Below, in pieces: positions 56,279 through 64,000 of a DNA stretch of 64,000 nt (positions are counted from its first letter, which is position 1; the number at the start of each line of letters is the position of its first letter). A program made the translations under genes and the position numbers. The DNA is from Dehalococcoidia bacterium (GTDB taxonomy: Bacteria > Chloroflexota > Dehalococcoidia > Dehalococcoidales > RBG-16-60-22): contig JBGLNK010000001.1 in NCBI GenBank assembly GCA_041300405.1, positions 130,269-194,268 of the forward strand, read 5' to 3'. The notes under the pieces were generated by a model. The model did no database searches. It worked only from the letters and a program-made list of their open reading frames with translations, and was not told the origin of the DNA.

Positions 56279-56764
56279 CTAACCTGTTTTTCCGTTGTTT
56301 TTGCTGATTTTAGGCGCCAGGCTTTCCCTGAACGTCCGCATCATGCCGACAAGGTTCTCGACCTGTTCCCTGTCCATGCAGGAAAGCGCTTCCCGGCTGA
56401 GTTCCTGGACGATAGGATTCAACCGGTTGGCTTCTTTCCAGCCTTTTTCCGTAATGACCACTTTTACCGACCTCCGGTCTTCAGGAGACGGTTCGCGGCG
56501 GACAACGCCCTGTTTTTCCATCGTGTTGATGACCGCGGTGACCGAATTTTTTTCACGGAAGACGCTCTCCGCTATCTGTGAAGGCGTCATTTCTCCGCCG
56601 TTCTTGAAAAGCGTGCTCATGATGTTGAACCTGATGAGGCTGACCTGGTATTTTTTCAGTTTTACTTCAAGATACCGCGCCAGCACATCATAAGACATCA
56701 TCATAGATAAGAGTGTGCCCAGGGGGGTTTTGTCGGTTCGCTTGCTGACTTCGCTTACTATCAT
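56279..56764 (-). CDS. MarR family transcriptional regulator
   Basis: 'VSLIRFNIMSTLFKNGGEMTPSQIAESVFREKNSVTAVINTMEKQGVVRREPSPEDRRSVKVVITEKG'. Confidence 0.8.
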   Translation of the reverse strand: MIVSEVSKRTDKTPLGTLLSMMMSYDVLARYLEVKLKKYQVSLIRFNIMSTLFKNGGEMTPSQIAESVFREKNSVTAVINTMEKQGVVRREPSPEDRRSVKVVITEKGWKEANRLNPIVQELSREALSCMDREQVENLVGMMRTFRESLAPKISKNNGKTG

Positions 56765-57032
56765 CGGGAAACCTCGGATGGAAAGCCAGGGGACGGATAA
56801 TGTTCCATCCAGAATTATTTTATTACGCCGTACTGCTTTTGTCAACTGCTTTATAGTCTCAATTTGACTTTATTACGCCGTCATTCGAGGTGTATTTACA
56901 TTCATTTTTATTCCACATGGAACGAATATCAGGTGCGGCAGTTGCCAATTGCCCGCGGTTTGAGTATATTGATGTTTAGTCGAGTTTTTTAATTTTCTTG
57001 ATTTTACGCCCGCCGCGGAGAGAGGTTGCTTT

Positions 57033-58361
57033 ATGAAAATGAGTGAATTCTGGAATCCGGTACTGGAGACAATGCCCCGGGAGAAGCTGCAAAGGCTCCA
57101 GTTAAAGAAGTTCAAAGAGATTTTTACCTGGGCTTATGAGCGCTCTAAATTCTACCATGGACTTTACAAAGACGCCGGCATCGAGCCGGGAGATATCAAG
57201 ACGTTTGAAGATATACGCAGGGTCCCCAAGATAGAAAAATCGATGCTACGGGGCGCTCAAGGTAAAGACCCCTTCCCCTATGGTGATATGCTGGCCGTCC
57301 CCCTGAACGAAGTCATTTCTTACCGGCAGACCAGCGGGACAACCGGTCAGCCTGTTTACCAGGCCGATTCCGCGCAGGATATCGAAGCAGGTACCGAGGC
57401 CTACGCTTACGCGCTGTGGGCCCAGGGCTACCGGCCGGGCGACCGCGTTTTCGTGCCTTTCGGCTATAACATCTTCGTCGCTTTCTGGGCATACCATTAT
57501 GCCAACGAGAAAATCGGCTGCGAGGTTATACCCGGAGGCGTGCTGGATACCTCCGCCCGCATTCTGAAAATACAGGAACTACGCGCCACCGCGATGGGCG
57601 CAACCCCTACCTACATCCTGGGCATGGCGGATACTGCGCGCAAGATGGGCATCAACCCGCCCAAAGACCTGACTATCCGGAAAATCACGGTGGCAGGGGA
57701 ACCGGGGGGCAGTATCCCGGCAACCCGAAAGAGGATGGAGGACGCCTGGGGTGCTAAAGTATACGACCAGGTGGGCAGTACGGAAATCGGCCACTGGGGC
57801 TGGGAGTGCCGCCACCAGGCCGGACTGCACGTTAACGAGGGTTTTTACCTCGTGGAGATAGAAGATGCCGCCACCGGCAAGCCGATAGAAAAACCCGGCC
57901 AGCCGGGTAAGATGGTAGTCACTACTTTCCACCGCTTCGCCCAGCCTTGCATCCGCTTCGATGTCAAGGACATCATCCAGTGGCACCCGGAGCAATGCGA
58001 ATGCGGGCGCACCTACCGCCGGCTGGACGGCGGCGTGATGGGACGTGCGGACGATATAACCAAGGTGAAAGGCGTGCTGTTCTCACCGGGGGCTGTCGAA
58101 GAGGTGGTGCGGGGTATTCCCCAGCTCGGCGATGAATACCAGCTGGTAGTCACCAAGAAAGGCGACATCGACGACATCACGCTGAAAGCGGAGATAAAGC
58201 CGGAGTATAAAAAAGACGAGGCCTCGATTAAAGCGAAGCTGACCGACCAGTTAAGGCTCATCACCAACCTGGGCTATAACATCGAGTTTCACGAGTACGG
58301 GAGCCTGCCGCGTTCGCAGGCGAAGAGCCGGCGCTTTTTAGACCAGCGGCCGCACCATTAG
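57033..58361 (+). CDS. phenylacetate--CoA ligase family protein (PaaK / F390 synthetase-like)
   Basis: 'LQRLQLKKFKEIFTWAYERSKFYHGLYKDAGIEPGDI', 'TSGTTGQP'. Confidence 0.85.
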   Translation: MKMSEFWNPVLETMPREKLQRLQLKKFKEIFTWAYERSKFYHGLYKDAGIEPGDIKTFEDIRRVPKIEKSMLRGAQGKDPFPYGDMLAVPLNEVISYRQTSGTTGQPVYQADSAQDIEAGTEAYAYALWAQGYRPGDRVFVPFGYNIFVAFWAYHYANEKIGCEVIPGGVLDTSARILKIQELRATAMGATPTYILGMADTARKMGINPPKDLTIRKITVAGEPGGSIPATRKRMEDAWGAKVYDQVGSTEIGHWGWECRHQAGLHVNEGFYLVEIEDAATGKPIEKPGQPGKMVVTTFHRFAQPCIRFDVKDIIQWHPEQCECGRTYRRLDGGVMGRADDITKVKGVLFSPGAVEEVVRGIPQLGDEYQLVVTKKGDIDDITLKAEIKPEYKKDEASIKAKLTDQLRLITNLGYNIEFHEYGSLPRSQAKSRRFLDQRPHH

Positions 58362-58436
58362 CGGAAGTAAACAAGTTGCAAGTAACAAGTAGCAATAGTT
58401 TTACGGTGTTAAGCCAACTATTGTGAGGAGTGATAT

Positions 58437-58622
58437 ATGACACAGGAATATGACGTTAAAAGCATGGCCATGAAAATTAGAGCCCTGCGGCGGAACGCCG
58501 AGGCGCTGAAGGAAATATCCAGCGGAATCCCGTCAGTAATTAAAAACGTGGACCGCATCCTGGGCTGTGTAATGATGCTGGAAGCAGGCATTAACGATGC
58601 AGCCAAGACAATGGTAAAGTAA
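58437..58622 (+). CDS. small hypothetical protein (61 aa)
   Basis: GAGGAG RBS 7 nt upstream. Helical-looking sequence with no family recognised. Confidence 0.5.
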   Translation: MTQEYDVKSMAMKIRALRRNAEALKEISSGIPSVIKNVDRILGCVMMLEAGINDAAKTMVK

Positions 58623-58764
58623 AAGTGTGCAAATGCGCTATTGCTCTTTTGCGCATATACGTATTTTCTCCAATGGTACAAGGAGGAGAAAATTACAGCC
58701 TCCGCGCTGGTGGTTCGGCTGGAATCCGCTGGATGAAAGGGATACAGCGAAGAGAGAATAATAA

Positions 58765-59094
58765 GTGCAATCTGTTAACTCCGGGATTCCTCAAATCATT
58801 TTAGACAGCCGGAAAAACGCTGTCGTGTTCGTGGATAACGAGCATATTATCCGCTACCTTAATACGGCGGCGCGCAAGAAGTATATTAAATACGGTGAAA
58901 TTACCGGCAAGAGTATTTTTCACTGTCATAATGAAAACTCATGCCGCATGATCCGGGATTACCATGATAAGATGAAAACCGGCGCGGATGAATTCCTCCT
59001 TGCGGAGCGGGAAGCCTACCGCGCCTACATGAGAAGCGTCCGCAGTCCTGAAGGCGAACTTCTGGGATATTACGAAATCCATGAGCTGAAATAA
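58765..59094 (+). CDS. stand-alone PAS-like domain protein (GTG start)
   Basis: 'ILDSRKNAVVFVDNEHIIRYLNTAARKKY...GKSIFHCHNENS...ELLGYYEIHE' has a PAS-fold pattern. Confidence 0.55.
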   Translation: MQSVNSGIPQIILDSRKNAVVFVDNEHIIRYLNTAARKKYIKYGEITGKSIFHCHNENSCRMIRDYHDKMKTGADEFLLAEREAYRAYMRSVRSPEGELLGYYEIHELK

Positions 59095-59152
59095 ATGGGC
59101 TTACATCAATACACAGTGTTTCCGTGAATATCCAACAGTCCATTTCAAAATA

Positions 59153-59181
59153 TTGACATTAATAATTTTAGGGCATATACT
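59153..59181 (+). promoter_or_regulatory. near-consensus sigma70-type promoter ahead of a long leader to the MATE gene
   Basis: TTGACA (59153-59158), 17 nt, TATACT (59176-59181). Confidence 0.5.
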
Positions 59182-59494
59182 CTCTATGGCTCTCCCGGAG
59201 AGATAATAGAGGAGTTTTCATGATAACCGGGATAATATTCAATACTAACGGATTAATCATCATGCTGGTCAAGACCGACGGTCTTTCCAGTTCAGCTTGG
59301 AATTACTGATATCAGGCCTGCCCAATACTCCCGATGTCGACCTTTGTCTACAGGGATTAGTGTCCCTTCATTAATGCACCGCTATTTCCAACTCAGGGAC
59401 TCTTCCGGCAATCCGTCACCGGGATATTCAGCACAACTGCATTCCTTCAATGTTTTTCCAGGTGTAAAAGATTGCCCATTTCTTGAGGTAACAT

Positions 59495-60835
59495 ATGAAA
59501 GATTATACAGAGCGTTTAGGCACAGCGCCGTTAGGCAAGCTGCTGGTGGCTTTAAGCCTGCCGGGCATCGCCTCATCCGTATCAACGAGCCTTTACAATA
59601 TCGTGGACACTTTCTGGGTTGCAAGGCTGGGCCACGAGGCTATCGCCGCATTGACGATAGTGTTTCCTTACCAGATTTTGTTTTACGCGATTGGCGGGGG
59701 CACCGGCATCGGGATCAGCGCGCTGGTTTCCCGCCGGTTCGGCGAGAACAATCCGGACGCCGCTAACCGCGTCGCCGGGCAGATATTCTTTCTCAGCGCT
59801 TTCTGGGGATTTCTTTTCATGATGGCGGCGGTGTTCTTTTCAGACCCTATCCTGCGGGCGATTGGAGCCACGCCGGACATAATGGAATACAGCCGTCAAT
59901 ACATGTTAATCACTTCCTGCGGAGCGCCGCTGATTATCCTGGCTATGTTAACAGGCAGCCTGATACGCGGTTCCGGCGACGCCATGAAGCCGATGATTAT
60001 CATGATTTCAGCCACGGTAATTAATATCGCCCTCGACCCCCTGATGATTATGGGTATCGGGCCTTTCCCGGAAATGGGTGTCCGCGGGGCTGCCTGGGCT
60101 ACGGTCATCGCCCAGTTGGGCGGGGTTTTACTGGGCTTGTATTACTTCTTTACACATCAGACGGCTTTCCACATAAAAGCCGTCCATCTTAAGCCGGATA
60201 CAGGCATCCTGCGCAATATTTACCGCGTCGGGGCGCCTTCATCCATACTCCAGGTCACGGAAAGCCTGGCCTTCATGCTGTTCAACACCGTGGTGTCCTC
60301 TTTCGGCTCAATCACCATTGCCGCTGTAGGCCTCATGATGCGCGTTTCCGATTTTGCGTTCATGCCCATCCTGGGCGTATCTCACGGCCTGCTGCCGATA
60401 GTCGGTTTCTGCTTCGGAGCTCAATTATTCAAAAGACTGTGGCGGGCGATAAAACTGGCCTCGGCGGGAATCACGGCGCTGCTGGTCGTTATCACCGCTA
60501 TACTTGAAATCTTCACGCCCCAGATTATCGCCATTTTTACCAAAGACGCGGAACTTATCTCGGTAGCGGTACCGGCAATGCGCATAATGCTGTCTACAAT
60601 GGTATTCGTGGGGCTGAACATCATGTTAATCACCGCGTTCCAGGGGCTGTCCAAGGGCAAAACGGCGCTGGTTTTATCGCTGATACGCCAGTTTATCGTT
60701 TTTGTTCCGCTGCTGTATCTTTTCCGCTTCCTTTTCGGCCTCACCGGGGTATGGTGGTCCGGGCCGGTTTCCGATATATCTGGTTTTATCGTATCGCTGG
60801 CGTTTATTTACCGGGAATATAAAAGGCATAGGTGA
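59495..60835 (+). CDS. MATE family efflux transporter
   Basis: 446 aa, 12 TM helices. 'LGKLLVALSLPGIASSVSTSLYNIVDTFWVARLG'. Confidence 0.9.
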   Translation: MKDYTERLGTAPLGKLLVALSLPGIASSVSTSLYNIVDTFWVARLGHEAIAALTIVFPYQILFYAIGGGTGIGISALVSRRFGENNPDAANRVAGQIFFLSAFWGFLFMMAAVFFSDPILRAIGATPDIMEYSRQYMLITSCGAPLIILAMLTGSLIRGSGDAMKPMIIMISATVINIALDPLMIMGIGPFPEMGVRGAAWATVIAQLGGVLLGLYYFFTHQTAFHIKAVHLKPDTGILRNIYRVGAPSSILQVTESLAFMLFNTVVSSFGSITIAAVGLMMRVSDFAFMPILGVSHGLLPIVGFCFGAQLFKRLWRAIKLASAGITALLVVITAILEIFTPQIIAIFTKDAELISVAVPAMRIMLSTMVFVGLNIMLITAFQGLSKGKTALVLSLIRQFIVFVPLLYLFRFLFGLTGVWWSGPVSDISGFIVSLAFIYREYKRHR

Positions 60836-60892
60836 TATTTTACCGGGGATAATAAATCCAAACCGGTGCTGCACACACGGCAATCAAGGTGT

Positions 60893-61657
60893 TCAGCTTA
60901 ACCTGAATAACCTCTGCGCGTTCCCGGTGGTCGCTTTAGCTATCTCCGCTTCGCTTACACCTTTAAGCGCCGCCGCGCCTTTTAAAGACCGGATAACGTC
61001 CGCCGGGCTGGATTTAAACTCGCCCTCTCTACCGCGCGCGTACACCACCGGGCAATCGGTTTCCAGCAGTAAATGGGATAAAGGCGTTTCTTTAACCGCT
61101 TGCTGATGTTCCGTGTGGTACTCTACAGCGGGAGTAGCGGAAATAAAATACCCGTGAGCCAAGATGTCTTTCAATACGCTTAGAGGCCCCGTGTACCAGT
61201 GGAAAACAGCCTTTTCCAGTCCGGCCTCTACCGCAAGGTTTAAAGCGTCCCGCCAGGCATAGCGGGAATGGATGAGCGCCGGTTTATCGTGCTCTCTGGC
61301 TATTCTAAATATTTCCCGCAGCACCTGTTTTTGCAGCTCTTTAGGAACTCTAGCCCGCGTCCATTTGCTGTAATCGAGCCCAATTTCCCCTATGGCTGCG
61401 GCGCGAGCGATATTGGCTTTAATGAACTCGAGATTAACCTCGATTTCCGCTTCTTTGATGTTGTCCGGGTAGTAGCCCAAAGCGGGATAGACGAAGCCCG
61501 GGTATCGCGCCGCGATAGCCAGCACTTTTTGATTCGACGTAATATCCAGTCCCAGGGCGATAATGGCCGCCAATCCGGCTTTTTTAGCGCCGTCGATAGC
61601 CTCTGCAAGATTTTCGATATCATCCAGGTGAGCGTGGGTATCAATTAAAACGTTCAT
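60893..61657 (-). CDS. TatD family metal-dependent hydrolase
   Basis: 'MNVLIDTHAHLDD', 'GEIGLDY', 'IHSR'. Start taken at the internal Met just after the upstream stop. Confidence 0.9.
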   Translation of the reverse strand: MNVLIDTHAHLDDIENLAEAIDGAKKAGLAAIIALGLDITSNQKVLAIAARYPGFVYPALGYYPDNIKEAEIEVNLEFIKANIARAAAIGEIGLDYSKWTRARVPKELQKQVLREIFRIAREHDKPALIHSRYAWRDALNLAVEAGLEKAVFHWYTGPLSVLKDILAHGYFISATPAVEYHTEHQQAVKETPLSHLLLETDCPVVYARGREGEFKSSPADVIRSLKGAAALKGVSEAEIAKATTGNAQRLFRLS

Positions 61658-61664
61658 TCCCGCC

Positions 61665-62405
61665 TCAGGCAACCACCGCCGAGGGTTTTTCTTGGAACGG
61701 ATGGGTCCGCAGTACCAGCGAATAAAGGAAGGGGTAGTTTGCTTTAATATGCTGCGCATAGTCCAGCCATTCGCTGGCGAGGTGGTCGTACATGCGCTGG
61801 ATATCCACGGCAAGGTGATTTTTATCAGTCTCAGGCAGAGCGTCCAGCGAAGGGCGAGCTTCCAACTCTTCGGCCAGGTGGGTGGTAGCCCAAAGCAGGT
61901 CGGTAAAGCGGTCGTGCTCGAGGAGGTTGGGATTTTCCAGCAGCGTCAGGAGGTAGGTGCGCTTTGAAGAAAGGAACTTTTTCAGGGCTTCCAAATCCAG
62001 GCTGAGCATATCCACGTCTATTTTCAGGCGGTACGCGAAGGCGTCCGCCTTTTTAAAGTCTTTTTGCGTCCAGTTTGCTCGAACGTTCAGGTTACGGGAT
62101 ATTTCTTCCCGGTTCTTAAAATACTTGATAAGGTCGGCCAGCAGGTAATTGCCGATCTCGCTGAAAAAAGCCCCGATGACCATATTCATCTTCTGCAGCA
62201 TCGATTGTTTTTCCTGCCGGGCAAGCACGCGCTCGATGACGATGACCACGAGGAAAACTTCCAGCGGCAGGTAGGCGATATCGCCGAGCAGGTAAATATA
62301 AATATGGTGCGGGTCCTGAAAGATCAGGTAATGAATGTAGTAAAGGAGCGCGGATGCAGCCAGACATACTATGGCCACGATAAGAAAGAACCTGAAATTT
62401 TTCAT
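61665..62405 (-). CDS. membrane-anchored hypothetical protein (2 TM helices plus helical cytoplasmic domain)
   Basis: 246 aa ORF. No family recognised. Confidence 0.55.
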   Translation of the reverse strand: MKNFRFFLIVAIVCLAASALLYYIHYLIFQDPHHIYIYLLGDIAYLPLEVFLVVIVIERVLARQEKQSMLQKMNMVIGAFFSEIGNYLLADLIKYFKNREEISRNLNVRANWTQKDFKKADAFAYRLKIDVDMLSLDLEALKKFLSSKRTYLLTLLENPNLLEHDRFTDLLWATTHLAEELEARPSLDALPETDKNHLAVDIQRMYDHLASEWLDYAQHIKANYPFLYSLVLRTHPFQEKPSAVVA

Positions 62406-62483
62406 TGGTAACCCCCGGGGTGACGATTTTCCATGTTTTAGTGCGTATTTGCGCTATTGCGCAATTCCTCTTTTACTACCGGA

Positions 62484-62735
62484 TTATTCCGGCTCAAGCC
62501 CCACTTCCGGTATGCCCCGTACGATATCGCCGCCTTCATCCAGGCGGACATCGTAGCAGTAAATATCGGGCGGATTGAGGGTTTTCTCCCAAGTTTCAAT
62601 GGCGGAAACAAAAAAGTAATTGACGACCTCGCCGTTTTTACCGACCCACTTTGTCATGCGCGGGTCAGGGCGACCGTAGCCATCAATCAGTGTAATGATA
62701 TGAACTTTTTGACCTAAGACAAATTTCGGATCCAT
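62484..62735 (-). CDS. small hypothetical protein (83 aa), translationally coupled to rtcB
   Basis: The ATG lies 2 nt after the rtcB stop. No family recognised. Confidence 0.5.
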   Translation of the reverse strand: MDPKFVLGQKVHIITLIDGYGRPDPRMTKWVGKNGEVVNYFFVSAIETWEKTLNPPDIYCYDVRLDEGGDIVRGIPEVGLEPE

Positions 62736-62737
62736 TT

Positions 62738-64000
62738 TTATCCCTTGATTACCGCTATCGGCCGGGTGCGGGCCACTTTTTTCGAGATTCCGGCTCCCTG
62801 CACCACGTCCACGACGTCGTTGACATTCTTGTAGGACTCCGAAGCCTCTTCAGCCAGTCCGGGGAGGCTGCCCGCACGCACGATGATGCCTTTGGCGTCC
62901 AAAGCTTCCAGCACTTCACGACCGCTCAGCGCGCGCTTGGCCGCCGACCGGCTTTGCAGCCTCCCCGCGCCGTGGCACGTCGAGCCGAAGGTCTCCTGCA
63001 TCGCGCGCTCCGTGCCGACGAGAATGTAGGAATACCTCCCCATGTCCCCGGGGATAAGGATGGGCTGGCCGATTCGGGCGTATTGCTGCGGCACATCGGG
63101 GTGGCCGGGGGGAAAAGCGCGGGTGGCCCCTTTGCGGTGGACGCACAGCTTCACTTTTTTCCCTTCCACTTCATGTTCTTCTATCTTAGCAATGTTATGA
63201 GTTACATCGTAAACAAGTTCCAGTCCCGCTTTCGCTTCTCCGGTTTCCATGACGCGGCAGAAAGCCTCGCGCACCCAGTGAGTGATACACTGGCGGTTGA
63301 CCCAGGCATAGTTGGCGGCGCAGCGCATAGCGGCGAGGTAGGCCTGTCCTTCCGGGGATGTCACCGGCGCGCAGGCGAGTTGTCTATCCGGAACGGTTAT
63401 GCCGTATTTCTGCATCGCCCGGAGCATCTCCTTGATATAATCATCGGCGACCTGGTGGCCGAGGCCGCGCGAACCGCAATGGACATACAGGACAACCTGC
63501 CCGATTTCGTCCAGTCCCATCACGCGGGCGGTTTCCGGCTCGTAAATCTCATCGATGACAGCCACCTCTAAAAAGTGGTTGCCGGAGCCGAGGGTGCCCA
63601 GCTGCGGACTGCCGCGCTCTTTAGCTCTCTGGCTGACGCGGTCGGGATCCGCCCCGGCTATTTCACCGTTTTCTTCGGTGGTCAGCAGGTCTTCCCTTCG
63701 CCCATAGCTGTTATTAACCGCCCAGCGGGAGCCTTTTACAAGGACTTCATTCATTTCCTTAGAGTTAAGCTTGATATTTCCTTTCGAACCTACGCCCGAA
63801 GGCACAGCGTTAAAAATAGCGTCGGCCAGTTTATTAATGCGAGGGCGGATTTCCTCGAGAGTGAGATTGGTGCGTAAAAGCCGCACGCCGCAGTTGATGT
63901 CGAACCCTACGCCTCCCGGCGAGACCACGCCATCGCTAACGCGCGTGGCAGCGACGCCGCCGATGGCGAATCCGTAGCCCCAGTGGATGTCCGGCATGGC
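62738..64000 (-). CDS. rtcB: RNA-splicing ligase RtcB (5' end beyond the window)
   Basis: 'MPDIHWGYGFAIGGVAA', 'GSGNHFLEV', 'HCGSRGLGHQV', 'HGAGR'. Confidence 0.9.
   Translation of the reverse strand, partial: AMPDIHWGYGFAIGGVAATRVSDGVVSPGGVGFDINCGVRLLRTNLTLEEIRPRINKLADAIFNAVPSGVGSKGNIKLNSKEMNEVLVKGSRWAVNNSYGRREDLLTTEENGEIAGADPDRVSQRAKERGSPQLGTLGSGNHFLEVAVIDEIYEPETARVMGLDEIGQVVLYVHCGSRGLGHQVADDYIKEMLRAMQKYGITVPDRQLACAPVTSPEGQAYLAAMRCAANYAWVNRQCITHWVREAFCRVMETGEAKAGLELVYDVTHNIAKIEEHEVEGKKVKLCVHRKGATRAFPPGHPDVPQQYARIGQPILIPGDMGRYSYILVGTERAMQETFGSTCHGAGRLQSRSAAKRALSGREVLEALDAKGIIVRAGSLPGLAEEASESYKNVNDVVDVVQGAGISKKVARTRPIAVIKG

Noticed and set aside
59344-59766. 140-aa ORF overlapping the MATE gene start
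   Set aside because: It lies in a different frame from a clearly identified 12-TM MATE gene. It is Arg/Gly/Pro-rich, has no RBS and begins inside the untranslated leader.
1-64000. Looked for CRISPR arrays, rRNA, intact transposases or IS elements, toxin-antitoxin pairs and known defence modules (nuclease/helicase/ATPase clusters)
   Set aside because: I saw no regularly spaced direct repeats, no rRNA-like sequence, no full-length recombinase or transposase ORF, and no defence-type domain in the ORF translations.

Overview
64-kb bacterial chromosomal window with GGAGG-type RBSs and tightly packed genes. The gene content fits an anaerobic, possibly Chloroflexota-like organism, but that is a weak inference. 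Composition is bimodal. My spot counts of single 60-nt lines give about 55-60% GC in the backbone and about 30-40% GC in two AT-rich cell-envelope glycan islands (about 8.68-21.0 kb and about 33.0-41.0 kb). Backbone genes include: a CocE/NonD-like hydrolase, an SDR, PadR and TetR regulators with an ABC-2 exporter, gltX and glnS in tandem, NfeD, a PflX-like radical SAM protein, a HIT protein, a ZnuABC-type metal importer with a coupled methyltransferase, two paralogous family-5 ABC importer loci whose lipoprotein SBPs carry Thr/Pro/Ala-rich linkers, L25/Ctc, tRNA-Gly, a Dpm1-like GT2, MarR plus a PaaK-like ligase, a MATE exporter, TatD and a partial RtcB. The two most interesting loci are: (i) an operon of two paralogous AprA-like flavoproteins flanking one AprB-like 2x[4Fe-4S] ferredoxin, sitting between the two importer loci with no sat/qmo/dsr genes in the window; and (ii) a glycan island with two GT-C-type membrane enzymes directly next to Thr-rich lipoproteins, a candidate protein O-glycosylation system. 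The window also contains several abrupt gene-truncation junctions: a tRNA-Lys 3' half with an integrase stub, an FAD gene meeting a beta-helix gene at 8681-8682, a GNAT::AKR fusion near 20998, a DppC stub ending at 44255, and a radical-SAM stub meeting a PorD stub near 55521. These indicate either a heavily recombined or decayed plasticity region or an assembly chimera. No CRISPR array, rRNA, intact mobile element or recognisable defence system was found.
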